Assembly (NCBI GenBank): GCA_017993335.1
Contig: JAGOMX010000004.1
Span: 1,185 to 65,184, forward strand
Source of the DNA: Alphaproteobacteria bacterium
GTDB taxonomy: Bacteria; Pseudomonadota; Alphaproteobacteria; JAGOMX01
Reading direction: 5' to 3'
DNA length: 64,000 bases
This document shows, in pieces, positions 8,481 to 20,504 of the stretch; position 1 is the first letter of the stretch, and each line of letters begins with the position of its first letter. A program made the position numbers and the translations under genes. The notes below the pieces were generated by a model that made no database searches, was not told the origin of the DNA, and saw only the letters and a program-made list of their open reading frames with translations.

Positions 8481-9167
8481 ATGATTACCTTATATACGGC
8501 GCCGACTCCCAATGGTGTTAAAGTTTCTATTTTGCTGGAGGAACTTGGGGTTCCTTATCGTGTTCATGCGGTGAATCTGACGGCTTTGGAGCAAAAAGAA
8601 GAGTGGTTTTTGAAACTCAATCCCAATGGCCGAATTCCTGTGATTGTGGATCATGACAACCAAAATTTTGCCGTATTCGAATCGGGAGCGATCCTCGTGT
8701 ATTTGGCAGAAAAATTTAAGCAGTTCATCCCCGACGATCCGAAGCAGAGGTCCGTGGTGATGCAGTGGCTGTTTTTTCAAATGGCGGGAATCGGTCCGAT
8801 GATGGGGCAGGCGCATGTGTTTGTGCATTATGCTCCAGAGGTAATCCCGTATGCCATTAATCGTTATCGCAATGAATCCAGGCGTTTGTTCGAAGTATTG
8901 GAAAAACGACTGGAGGGACGCGAATATTTAGCCGATGAATATTCTATCGCCGATATAGCTAATTATACGTGGGTGCGTGTCCATAAGCATGGTGGAATCA
9001 ACGTGGAGGGGTTGCCAAATGTGCATGCCTGGCTAGAGCGTATTAGCGCAAGACCAGGGGTGCAAAAAGGTTTGGATGTCCCGATACCACAAGTAGAACT
9101 TGCGAAGAGAACACAGGAAGAACAAAAAAAGCATAACGACCAAATCAAAAATATGGTGCCTCAGTGA
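8481..9167 (+). CDS. glutathione S-transferase, Nu-class / YfcG-YghU-like
   Basis: [26 protein letters not shown]...[10 protein letters not shown]...[14 protein letters not shown] closely parallels E. coli YfcG. Confidence 0.8.
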   Translation: MITLYTAPTPNGVKVSILLEELGVPYRVHAVNLTALEQKEEWFLKLNPNGRIPVIVDHDNQNFAVFESGAILVYLAEKFKQFIPDDPKQRSVVMQWLFFQMAGIGPMMGQAHVFVHYAPEVIPYAINRYRNESRRLFEVLEKRLEGREYLADEYSIADIANYTWVRVHKHGGINVEGLPNVHAWLERISARPGVQKGLDVPIPQVELAKRTQEEQKKHNDQIKNMVPQ

Positions 9168-9177
9168 AAGGGATGTT

Positions 9178-9372
9178 TTATGGATGATCGCTAGCCAGAA
9201 CATCCGCAAGACTCAAGGCCCGTACTTGTTTTATTGTTTTTCCAGATTTGTCTTTTATGTCAAACACTTGAAACGGGGTTTCAGGTGGTAGGCGACAGAT
9301 GTTTGTGTCAATGGTAATAATGTTTTCGCAGGTGTCCGCGTCATGGTCTATGAGTTCATGAGGATTCGTCAT
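9178..9372 (-). CDS. small hypothetical protein (64 aa), uncertain
   Basis: ORF only. It lies in the 370-bp gap between the GST gene and recF. No recognisable motif. Confidence 0.25.
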   Translation of the reverse strand: MTNPHELIDHDADTCENIITIDTNICRLPPETPFQVFDIKDKSGKTIKQVRALSLADVLASDHP

Positions 9373-9540
9373 TTTATCTCTTTCCTTAAAATTTTAGTAT
9401 ATGAACCGTTTCATATCGGTTTTGAAATGTTCCCGAAAATAATCGTTTTGTCTATCCGTAAAAAATACGGAGACGAAGCGTCTGGGGTACCGTGAAGGAA
9501 CTTTTGGTGTTGGGGGTGATCTTGTGGTAAAAGATATCTT

Positions 9541-10704
9541 ATGACCATGCTTCATCATCCACACGTCAGCGGCATCACGCGTATACGCCTTACAGCTTTT
9601 CGTTCCTATGAGCAGCTGAATTTGTCTTGTCATACAGGACCGGTTATTTTAACGGGCGAAAATGGTCAGGGGAAAACCAATTTATTGGAGGCTATCTCTC
9701 TTTTGTCTCCTGGAAAAGGATTTCGTGGTGCCCATGGGGAGCATTTGATTTGTCGGCAAGCGCCGCAGACCGCTTGGGCTGTTGCGGTTCATGTGGATGC
9801 GGCCAAGGACACGACGCAATTAGGCTTAGGTTTAGATCCAGATGCATTTGCCCGGGGGCGGGAGAAAAAAATAGCCCGCATTGACCAAACAAATGTGCGC
9901 AGCGTTTCGCAGTTTTGTGACTATATCCAGGTTCTGTGGTTGACGCCGGCTATGGATCGTCTATTGATGGATGCGCCTGCGGATCGGCGGCGGTTTTTAG
10001 ACCGTATGGTCTATGGTTTAGACGGGGAACAGGCGACCCGCATTAAACGCTATGAGCATGCCTTGCGCGAACGTATGGCTTTATTAAAAGAGGGCGAAAT
10101 CCACTCTAAATGGCTAGCAGCCATCGAAAATACAATGGTGGAAAACGGTGTGGCTATTACCTTGGCGCGCCATGCGACGGTTGAGAAATTAACAGAACAA
10201 TTGCAAAACACGACCACTAACTTTCCACGAGCGAAGCTACAGATGACCGGATGGATGGATGAGTTGCTGGCTCAGGGGCGTGGGGGGGGAGACATTCATG
10301 AGTTATATCGAATGCAATTGCAGCAAGATCGCTCAAAAGATAGCTGCACAGGCATGACGAGGTCAGGGCCCCATCGCAGTGACTTTACTTGCTTTTTTGG
10401 CGCCGATCAACAGCCGGCGGCTCAATGTTCTACCGGTGAACAAAAGGCTGTGTTGTTGTCTATTGTATTGGCTGCGGCCAGGATGCAGCAGGTCTACAAA
10501 AGAGGTGTTCCGATTTTATTATTAGATGAAGTTGTGGCGCATTTAGATCACCAACGTCGCAAAGATTTGTATCAAGAGATCGAATCTCTGGGCTTGCAAA
10601 CGTGGATGACGGGGACCGATTTTAAACTGTTTCAAGATTTTACAGAAAAAGCTCAGCATTTTTGTGTAGAAAATGGCATTGTTTCAGTAAAAAATGTGCT
10701 ATAA
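9541..10704 (+). CDS. recF: DNA replication and repair protein RecF
   Basis: Walker A GENGQGKTNLLEAI, RecF signature regions, 387 aa, immediately upstream of gyrB. Confidence 0.9.
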   Translation: MTMLHHPHVSGITRIRLTAFRSYEQLNLSCHTGPVILTGENGQGKTNLLEAISLLSPGKGFRGAHGEHLICRQAPQTAWAVAVHVDAAKDTTQLGLGLDPDAFARGREKKIARIDQTNVRSVSQFCDYIQVLWLTPAMDRLLMDAPADRRRFLDRMVYGLDGEQATRIKRYEHALRERMALLKEGEIHSKWLAAIENTMVENGVAITLARHATVEKLTEQLQNTTTNFPRAKLQMTGWMDELLAQGRGGGDIHELYRMQLQQDRSKDSCTGMTRSGPHRSDFTCFFGADQQPAAQCSTGEQKAVLLSIVLAAARMQQVYKRGVPILLLDEVVAHLDHQRRKDLYQEIESLGLQTWMTGTDFKLFQDFTEKAQHFCVENGIVSVKNVL

Positions 10705-10739
10705 AAAACGGAATGAATAACACAAGACAAAATGGGTAG

Positions 10740-13187
<2,448 letters not shown>

Positions 13188-13302
13188 AGGTTGGATGGCA
13201 TTGCTTTATTCTACTGCATGCAGCTGAAGCGGAGTTCGTAAGGATTCATCCGCGAAAGCTGCATCTCTTTATAAAGAGACGAAAGCAGCTTACGCCATTG
13301 GA

Positions 13303-13320
13303 TTTTTTTTTTTTTTTTTT
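13303..13320. repeat. T18 homopolymeric tract between the convergent gyrB and hipA 3' ends
   Basis: Eighteen consecutive T read directly from the sequence. Preceded by an imperfect hairpin resembling a P1-family fragment (gcggagttcgtaaggattcatccgc). Confidence 0.9.
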
Positions 13321-13392
13321 GAATAATGAACTGCGCCCCATTTGATAGAACACTCAGCAGTCATTTCTGAGGAGAGATTCTTCCGCAGGGCT

Positions 13393-14652
13393 CTATAAAG
13401 TTAAGGCTAGTCTCAAATCATTGTGTTCAAAGGCAGATGACATGCGATCTGCCTCGCGGTCTTTCATGCCTAGTAACTTTGCCTGCTCTCTCCATCCTGC
13501 CACCGCAATTCCAGCCTCATTTGCTATTCTTTTGGCAGATTCTTTTGAGAGGCCAAATCTATCTGATACGCTCAAGGCAAGTTCTAATGAAGCGCAGTCG
13601 TCTTCTTCATCTATTGCTAAAGAGAGGCGCCTGGGTTTTATATCCAAGGGGGTGGGGTTAATGTCATATGCGGGTGATAGTCTCCATCCATCTGAATTGG
13701 GTAACAAAAGCCCATGATTTCTCAAATGATCATCAGTGTTAGACACTAGAATGGAAAAAACGATTCTTTTCCAGAGCTCGATCAAGTCTTGCTGAGGGTT
13801 TCCACTATAACGACGCAATGCATCTGCTACCTCAAGATAGCTATGGGGATCGTTGTCGCCAGCTTCTAGAAGGCTCATAGCCGAGATAAATGGTATTCGT
13901 TTAACGCCAATGCGATCAAACCTGTTAAGTAATATGACCGAACGACCAGCAATTTTTAACAATTTATGACGTGTGACTCGCAGGCCTGCCTTAGATGCAA
14001 GGGTCAATGCAAGACTTTCCCAAGCTGGCAGGTCTATGTTATCTTCCGGATGAGGAAACTTTGCTATCAATAACTCCCCTTCTTTTGAACGCACGGAGGC
14101 CTTTGGTCTGGCCCCACCCAAAGAAGAGCCTGGCGCTAATAGCAGTCTCATCTCTTCATCATTTTCTTCCTCTTTTATAGCATGGGTGGTGGCCACAAGC
14201 AGGCGAGGTAAATCAATTAATAGAGGCACACGTTTTCCATTGACGGGTTGCGCTAAAAAAGCTCCCTCTAGTTTTTCCGAAAATCTTAGCGCTCCTTGCC
14301 GACATTCATCATCAACATTCAACAAAAAGTCTATCTCTTGAAGGGTGTGCGGGTTTTCACCTTTAGTCTTGGCTAGTCTCTGATGGGTTCGCCTCATGAG
14401 TGTTCTGCCCCAACGGTCTGGAGCTGAATCACCAATTGAGCCGAACAAAGCTCTGCCTTGTCCAGTATGAAATGGAGCTGGGTGCAAAGTTAATGCCGGC
14501 TCTAAGGCGAAGCGTGAAGGATTAGTTAGCCAGCTAGAGTCGTATTCAAAACTCGAACTTTCACGACCTTTCCGGTTTCTCGCAAAAAGACGCCCTACAA
14601 AGAAAGTGTTTCCTTCCCAATCCACATAGACAAATGCAATTTTGTCTGTCAC
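13393..14652 (-). CDS. hipA: type II toxin HipA-family serine/threonine kinase
   Basis: HipA N-terminal coupling domain (VYVDWEGNTFFVGRL), SLGGARPKASV motif and catalytic TDDHLRNHGLLL motif. The GTG start overlaps the hipB stop (GTGA). Confidence 0.85.
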   Translation of the reverse strand: MTDKIAFVYVDWEGNTFFVGRLFARNRKGRESSSFEYDSSWLTNPSRFALEPALTLHPAPFHTGQGRALFGSIGDSAPDRWGRTLMRRTHQRLAKTKGENPHTLQEIDFLLNVDDECRQGALRFSEKLEGAFLAQPVNGKRVPLLIDLPRLLVATTHAIKEEENDEEMRLLLAPGSSLGGARPKASVRSKEGELLIAKFPHPEDNIDLPAWESLALTLASKAGLRVTRHKLLKIAGRSVILLNRFDRIGVKRIPFISAMSLLEAGDNDPHSYLEVADALRRYSGNPQQDLIELWKRIVFSILVSNTDDHLRNHGLLLPNSDGWRLSPAYDINPTPLDIKPRRLSLAIDEEDDCASLELALSVSDRFGLSKESAKRIANEAGIAVAGWREQAKLLGMKDREADRMSSAFEHNDLRLALTL

Positions 14653-14987
14653 AAATCACCTTCCTTTTTTTTCTTAGCCAACTGTATCCTCTTCGGAAGT
14701 CTTTCTTCCTCTAAATCAAGCCCAACCTCATCCCCACGTATATCTGCAAGATCAGCTAACTTTTGGTCTAGGCCTAATATAAAAAGAATTGTGATATATA
14801 TCCCCATGGATACTTCAGGGGAACCCTTTTCAGCTCTTGCAAGTGTGCTCGTGCTAATCATCGCTCTTTGCGCCATGATCGAGGTAGGAATGCGACGCCT
14901 ACGCCTGGCATCCTTAATGTCCTGCCCAAATTTTTTTAATGCACGTTCCGCACGTAAAGGTATAGTTTGAATGGCATGTGACTTCAT
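14649..14987 (-). CDS. hipB: HipB-like XRE-family HTH antitoxin / transcriptional regulator
   Basis: 112 aa. HTH (IPTSIMAQRAMISTSTLARAEKG). Lies directly upstream of hipA with a 4-nt overlap. Confidence 0.75.
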   Translation of the reverse strand: MKSHAIQTIPLRAERALKKFGQDIKDARRRRRIPTSIMAQRAMISTSTLARAEKGSPEVSMGIYITILFILGLDQKLADLADIRGDEVGLDLEEERLPKRIQLAKKKKEGDL

Positions 14988-15270
14988 GTCTTAGGTCCTA
15001 TATATGAACTTATATTATTTATAAACTATCATATATCAATGTTAACGTCTATAGTTCTTAGCAACTTCTTTGGCTTCTTCATAGGCTATTGATTCAATAT
15101 ATCGCACGCAAGACTTTCGCTCTATTGCTCATAGAGGTATGTAGTTTGTGTAAGGGTGTCAGAACCTTGTCTTATTAACACAAAGACCACGCTCCAACAG
15201 AATGCTTCGTATGATAAACTGCGTAAATGGGTTTTTTTGAGGTCTTCCGAGATGCAGACGTCTCTAAAAA

Positions 15271-16584
15271 TCAACGATTCTTCCGGCCGCGAGCTTGGGA
15301 GCTGGCTGGGTGGGTTTCTCGGATGAAGCCTACGACGAATAAGGATAGGGCTAGGCAAATCGGGATTACGCTCATGGCGAAACGATAGTCTAGTTCGCTG
15401 TATATATTTCTGCCATCGATAACTAAGCCGTTCCAGCTGAAATCTAGCATGCTGCCGACTAAAGGGTGAAAGACAGCTCCAAAGGCCATGACGATCATGT
15501 TGCTGAAACCAACGCTAACGCCGCTGGAGGAGGGGGGGATAATTTCCGTCATGCTGGCAAAACATAAGCATTTCGCGGTGTAGCAAAATCCCGCTAAAAA
15601 GAATAAGGCATACATGAAGAATAGGGGGATGTTGTTGCCAAAAATAATCAGCATGTATACACATAGGCAGGCGAGGGCGCCTAGCGTCATCGGGATGCGG
15701 CGACTGGAAACTCGGTCGGATAAAAAGGTGAAAAAGGGACTGCCCAGGGCGGCGCCAATAAAAAGGCTCGTGTGGATGGTGGCGGCGTATTTTTCATCTA
15801 TGGTGTAGATGCTCTCGATGAATGGAACGCACCACGCATCGCCCATAATGATGAGGGGGGCGTACATCAACATACTGAATATAGAGATAAGCCAGGCTTG
15901 TGGCGATAGCAAGACAATGGCAAGCCCGCTAAATATTTTTTCATTCTGATTCTTTTGAGTGACCGGCATCTCTCCTGAAGGGGTGTTGCGGACAAAAAGA
16001 AAAACAATAACGCCAATGATAATCCCCACTAACCCAAGAGTTTGTAAGGAAGATTGCCAACCCAGAAAATCCGTTAAATAACTTAAAGGTGGCCCCCCTA
16101 GGGCAGCGCCACTGGTGCCAAAAATCATCGTTAGGGCAATAACTTTACCAATCTTATGGGGTGGAAACCATAACGTGCCCAATTTGATTGTTCCTAAAAA
16201 TCCGCAAGCCGCGCCCATTCCCATCATAAATCTTGAAAAACCAGCGACATATATATTGGTGGTGAGTGAAAAAATAAAACAGGCCGCACCGCAGGTAAAT
16301 CCAGCCAAAGATAGTAAGAGGCGAGGGCCAAATTTATCCATGGTAATACCAAGGGGAATCTGCAGGCCTGAATAGGCCCAGTAATAAAATCCCACAATCA
16401 TACCAAATGCCCCGGCATCAATTGCAAATGTCGTCATGATTTCATCATTAAGGACATTGGGTAGCACGCGCAAAATAAATTGATAGCAATAAAATAAGGC
16501 CCCCATACTGACCATAAACCAAGCACGTAAACCCCCTAAAGGAGAGGCGATCTTATCGTTTTTATTCGTTTTAATCTTTGACAT
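15271..16584 (-). CDS. MFS transporter
   Basis: 437 aa with about 12 predicted TM helices. MFS motif-A-like GxxxDKFGPRLLL. Confidence 0.8.
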   Translation of the reverse strand: MSKIKTNKNDKIASPLGGLRAWFMVSMGALFYCYQFILRVLPNVLNDEIMTTFAIDAGAFGMIVGFYYWAYSGLQIPLGITMDKFGPRLLLSLAGFTCGAACFIFSLTTNIYVAGFSRFMMGMGAACGFLGTIKLGTLWFPPHKIGKVIALTMIFGTSGAALGGPPLSYLTDFLGWQSSLQTLGLVGIIIGVIVFLFVRNTPSGEMPVTQKNQNEKIFSGLAIVLLSPQAWLISIFSMLMYAPLIIMGDAWCVPFIESIYTIDEKYAATIHTSLFIGAALGSPFFTFLSDRVSSRRIPMTLGALACLCVYMLIIFGNNIPLFFMYALFFLAGFCYTAKCLCFASMTEIIPPSSSGVSVGFSNMIVMAFGAVFHPLVGSMLDFSWNGLVIDGRNIYSELDYRFAMSVIPICLALSLFVVGFIRETHPASSQARGRKNR

Positions 16585-16753
16585 GCATGTCCTTTTTAAA
16601 AAATACGTTTTGATTATAGTCGATTTTGAAAAGCAAACCCAAGCAATTTTGAAATTGGATGATTAATTGATAGAATCAGGGTTGTCAATGGCGTACAATG
16701 TAGATGTGGGCTGATTTATTTATAAGTCCTGTTCTTGAAAAAAGGTTAGGCTT

Positions 16754-17362
16754 ATGTTGGGCGCAGAAAAACTTGATGTGATGTTAAGCAAAAGCGAGAT
16801 GCGCACGCTTATGCTCAAAAGACGAAAAGCGTATGTGGAAACTTTAGGCGAAGAAACAAGAGAAAATATCTCGTTGCATTTAGTGCAACGGCTTATGGAC
16901 TATTTTATCTTTCCGATGGATTGTGTCGTGGGGAGCTATTTTCCTTTAACTGAAGAGCAAAATGTTCGCTTGTTGAACTTTTCGCTTAAGGGTGATGGTC
17001 TGGACGTGGGGTATCCCCGTGTAGGGCCTGAGGGATTGCTCACTTATCACCTGGTTTCATCTCCTCAGGAGTTGATCGTGGGCAAATATGGTATATATGA
17101 GCCCAGTGAGCAGGCGCCTCAGATATCTCCGGATTTGTTTATTGTCCCGCTGGTTGCTTTTGATGACAGATGCCATCGACTGGGTTATGGGCAGGGTAAT
17201 TTTGATCGAACCTTGAAAAAGGCAAGGGAAGCAAAGAAAGTTTTGGCGATTGGCGTAGCTTATGATATGCAGAAGGTGGATTATATCGCTAATGAATCCT
17301 TTGATCAGCCAATGGATTATGTCGTGACAGAGTCACAGATTTATAAAGCAGAGAAGAAATGA
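16754..17362 (+). CDS. 5-formyltetrahydrofolate cyclo-ligase
   Basis: 202 aa. C-terminal MTHFS signature region YGIYEP...FIVPLVAFDDRCHRLGYGQGNFDRTL. Confidence 0.8.
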   Translation: MLGAEKLDVMLSKSEMRTLMLKRRKAYVETLGEETRENISLHLVQRLMDYFIFPMDCVVGSYFPLTEEQNVRLLNFSLKGDGLDVGYPRVGPEGLLTYHLVSSPQELIVGKYGIYEPSEQAPQISPDLFIVPLVAFDDRCHRLGYGQGNFDRTLKKAREAKKVLAIGVAYDMQKVDYIANESFDQPMDYVVTESQIYKAEKK

Positions 17363-18177
17363 AACTATTATTTTGCGGTGACGTCGTTGGCCGTTCAGGC
17401 CGTGATGCGGTGCTGAAGTATATACCCTTATTAAAAGAGCATCATAAATTAGACGTGATCGTTGTGAATGGCGAAAATGCAGCCGGGGGATTTGGGATTA
17501 CAGGTACGATCGGAAAAAGTTTTTTTGAAGCCGGTATAGATATCCTGACCACAGGAAATCATGTTTGGCGTCAAAAGGACGTGGTGTCCTATATATCCAC
17601 GGAGAAAAGATTGCTACGCCCTATCAATTTTTCCAATAAAAGCCTCCCTGGATCCGGAATTGGTATCCATCCCTTAAAAGATGGGCGGCATTTTATCGTG
17701 TTGCATGCAATTGCGCGTTTGTATATGCCCGATTTAGTGGATTGCCCTTTTCAGGCTATCGATCAGGTTTTGGCGACAGTCAGCTTATCGCAAAAAAATA
17801 TTGCTGGAATTATGTTGGATTTTCATGGGGAGGCAACCAGCGAAAAAATGGCTATGGCTCATTTTCTGGATGGGCGTGTTTCCTTTGTTGTTGGCACGCA
17901 TACGCATATCCCAACCGCAGATCACCAGATTCTTCCCAAAAAAACCGCCTATCAAACGGATGCGGGCATGTGTGGCGTATACAATTCGGTGATTGGTATG
18001 GATAAAAAAGTCCCGGTTGCGCGGTTTTTAGGTAAATTTATTGATCTAAAAATGGAACCTGCAGAGGGTGAAGCCACGCTGTGCGGCGCCATTGTGGATA
18101 TAGACGATGAAACAGGACTGGCTCGTGATATTATGCCGGTGCGTTTGGGCGGATTCTTAAGTCAAACAGGATTATGA
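17359..18177 (+). CDS. YmdB-family metallophosphoesterase (2',3'-cyclic-nucleotide phosphodiesterase, TIGR00282-like)
   Basis: MKLLFCGDVVGRSGR...VIVVNGENAAGGFGIT...GNHVW. Typical length of 272 aa. Confidence 0.85.
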   Translation: MKLLFCGDVVGRSGRDAVLKYIPLLKEHHKLDVIVVNGENAAGGFGITGTIGKSFFEAGIDILTTGNHVWRQKDVVSYISTEKRLLRPINFSNKSLPGSGIGIHPLKDGRHFIVLHAIARLYMPDLVDCPFQAIDQVLATVSLSQKNIAGIMLDFHGEATSEKMAMAHFLDGRVSFVVGTHTHIPTADHQILPKKTAYQTDAGMCGVYNSVIGMDKKVPVARFLGKFIDLKMEPAEGEATLCGAIVDIDDETGLARDIMPVRLGGFLSQTGL

Positions 18178-18181
18178 GCTT

Positions 18182-18955
18182 ATGTGGATAGATAGTCATT
18201 GTCACTTAAACTATGATGATTTTGGGAGCGATTTGCCAGAAGTTTTTCAGCGGGCTAAAGATGTTGGTATAGAAAAAATGCTGACGATTTGTACGGATAT
18301 GGCCGAGGCCGATACTATACTAAAGCTCGCCAACCAGCATCCAGAATTATGGTGCACAGTTGGTGTGCATCCCCATGAGGCAAAACAAACCGTTGATCTG
18401 ACGGGTCTGTATGAGAACTTAAAGTCGTATATGGTTCATGAAAAAGTCATCGGTTTAGGGGAGACAGGCCTGGATTATTATTATGAACACAGCCCAAGAG
18501 CTGAGCAGCAACAAGCTTTTCAGGTGCATATGGATGTGGCAAAAGAGCACGATTTGCCCTTGATCGTTCATACAAGAGACGCAGAAGAAGATACAATCGC
18601 TTGTCTAAAAAAACAGCAAGGCGCTGTAAGAGGCGTGATTCATTGCTTTAGTGGCTCTCATTGGCTCGCGCAACAAGCATTAGATTTGGGTTTTTATATT
18701 TCTATCTCCGGCATCATTACGTTTAATAAGGCGGAAGACATTCGTCAAACCCTCAAAAGTGTACCGTTAGATAGAATCTTAGTGGAAACCGACGCCCCAT
18801 ATTTGGCTCCTGTCCCAAAAAGAGGCCAACGAAACGAACCCGCATTTATGATCCACACCGCAGAAAAAGTCGCGGAAATAAAAGGGATCTCTACACAAGA
18901 GCTAGCGAAAATAACCACAGAAAATTTTTATCGCTTATTCTCAAAAGCTTTGTGA
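18182..18955 (+). CDS. tatD: TatD-family metal-dependent hydrolase/DNase
   Basis: MWIDSHCHLNYDDF...GLGETGLDYYY...VETDAPYLAP motifs. Confidence 0.9.
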   Translation: MWIDSHCHLNYDDFGSDLPEVFQRAKDVGIEKMLTICTDMAEADTILKLANQHPELWCTVGVHPHEAKQTVDLTGLYENLKSYMVHEKVIGLGETGLDYYYEHSPRAEQQQAFQVHMDVAKEHDLPLIVHTRDAEEDTIACLKKQQGAVRGVIHCFSGSHWLAQQALDLGFYISISGIITFNKAEDIRQTLKSVPLDRILVETDAPYLAPVPKRGQRNEPAFMIHTAEKVAEIKGISTQELAKITTENFYRLFSKAL

Positions 18956-18967
18956 TGCCATATTTAA

Positions 18968-19080
18968 TACCAATTCCATAAAATAACTGATAAATCTTAC
19001 CCTCGCTGCCTGCGCAGGTATGACAGGCAATGGTTGAGGAGATTCAAGACAGCCTCTATCTGTATGCTTATACTAATTCC
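18968..19080 (+). repeat. Family-A element, internally deleted copy A2
   Basis: ccaattccataaaataactgataaatcttaccctcg fused to ctgcctgcgcaggtatgacaggcaatggttgaggagattcaagacagcctctat. Lies immediately 3' of tatD. Confidence 0.6.
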
Positions 19081-19121
19081 AGAAAATAAGTATCATTACC
19101 CACGGTCGAGTCGCCCGGGGG

Positions 19122-20078
19122 TTATGATTTTGGTTCAAAACAAAAACGACATTTCATCATAAGAAGAATCCCCCCCGCCTGCCTCATCGGCAACTGCCTC
19201 CAACCGGTACCTGCATCCGGATGCCGCCGCACTTTTTTATGCTCATATATATTGAAAATAGGGGTTTCGTTCATCTCGCCAAATCTCAAGATCGTATAAT
19301 TGAACCCCCAGGTGGTAATATCATCCCCACCATACCTACTAAGCATACAAACCGCCTTCTGCGATAAATCTGCTTCGGAGACGTTCCGTAGAAATGCAGG
19401 ATGGGTGGATATCTGCTCAGCAATACGTTTCAATTCACTCAACGTCAGAAGAAGAAGAATAGTTTTTTCAGTATTGGGATAAACCGGATTTAGAAATTTT
19501 TCTGTCATCCTCGTGACACACAGATCTGAAGGGATAGTCTTTGGCAGAATGAGCTCACCATTGGTCGTGTCCATATACATATCTGATAATTGGACATCAA
19601 TTACAGTTAAGCCTCCAGGTTCATAGCGGAAAATGCCGTTTTTTAGGGTTCTCTCATCCTGCTCCATCATTCGCAGCCTCAGATATGGCTCCGGGCTTTC
19701 CGGGGGTATAGGCCTACCAAATTTTATAGCTGGGAGAATAATTTCCCTTACATAATTAAGATTATCGGAGCCTAAGAAAAAGCGACACCAAGATTTACAA
19801 ACCAAGGCATAATCTGAGGTCAGTTTTTGCGCCAAAAATCGATTGGCAATAGTTTTTTTTATGTCCAACGGTATTCCAGGAAAAAATTCTTCATGCAAAA
19901 TGCGTGCAGATGAAGATTCTTCCGGTACCTCCATGTTAGCCAAAGCGAGGCGATGAACGGATGGAGACTCAAGTTCCAGAGGGGGCAGTCCATCTTCACT
20001 TGCAAGTACATTAAAATACCCTGCACTTAAGATCATGAGACTTGTGATTATCGCTAATTTCTTTGTAAACTTAATCAT
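19122..20078 (-). CDS. secreted hypothetical protein with an F-box-like motif
   Basis: Signal peptide MIKFTKKLAIITSLMILSAGYFNVLA. Residues about 68-100, IPLDIKKTIANRFLAQKLTSDYALVCKSWCRFF, match the F-box consensus LPxEIlxxIlxxLxxxxLxxxxxVCKxWxxl in spacing and key residues. Confidence 0.6.
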   Translation of the reverse strand: MIKFTKKLAIITSLMILSAGYFNVLASEDGLPPLELESPSVHRLALANMEVPEESSSARILHEEFFPGIPLDIKKTIANRFLAQKLTSDYALVCKSWCRFFLGSDNLNYVREIILPAIKFGRPIPPESPEPYLRLRMMEQDERTLKNGIFRYEPGGLTVIDVQLSDMYMDTTNGELILPKTIPSDLCVTRMTEKFLNPVYPNTEKTILLLLTLSELKRIAEQISTHPAFLRNVSEADLSQKAVCMLSRYGGDDITTWGFNYTILRFGEMNETPIFNIYEHKKVRRHPDAGTGWRQLPMRQAGGILLMMKCRFCFEPKS

Positions 20079-20119
20079 TTATACGAATCTCTATATATAT
20101 CAAAAACATCGTTATACAC

Positions 20120-20376
20120 GGAATTATACCAGATCCTATAATTAAGTATACAGATAGATGCTGTCTTAAATCTCCTCAACCATCGTCTGTCATACCTGCG
20201 CAGGCAGGTATCCAGCGCAACATGTGCCTCGAAGAGGCTCCATATTTCCTTGCTTCTGTGGCATTGAAATAAATGGAGAGCTGCTGTGCAGCACTTTGTT
20301 GTGCTGGATTCCCGCCTTCGCGGGAATGACAGGCGGCGAGGGTAAGATTTATCCGTTATTTTATGGAATTGGTATT
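20120..20376 (-). repeat. Family-A element, copy A3, in inverse orientation to A1
   Basis: Its reverse complement aligns with 117-321 across the full length, including both hairpin modules. Confidence 0.7.
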
Positions 20377-20418
20377 AGTTGAATAGAGGAATAGTGTGAA
20401 CTATTCCTCTATTCAACT
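20377..20418. repeat. perfect 18-bp-stem hairpin (agttgaatagaggaatag / ctattcctctattcaact) with a 6-nt loop
   Basis: Exact reverse complementarity read from the sequence. Lies directly next to the A3 element. Confidence 0.8.
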
Positions 20419-20453
20419 AATGTTCCTTTATGGTGTGCAGGGGTAACTAGATC

Positions 20454-20489
20454 ATAAAAAAACCCCAGCAAATTTGCCGGGGTTTTTTT
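20454..20489 (-). terminator. rho-independent terminator downstream of rpsD (potentially bidirectional)
   Basis: aaaaaaaccccagcaaatttgccggggttttttt: a GC-rich stem of about 10 bp, flanked by an A-run and a T-run. Confidence 0.75.
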
Positions 20490-20504
20490 GTATAACGAAA
20501 CGTT

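Noticed and set aside
9394-9633. 79-aa ORF on the minus strand overlapping the recF start
   Set aside because: It overlaps the well-supported recF start region and has no motif. It is likely spurious.
15122-15358. 78-aa ORF overlapping the 3' end of the MFS transporter gene
   Set aside because: It overlaps the MFS gene in another frame on the same strand and has no support.
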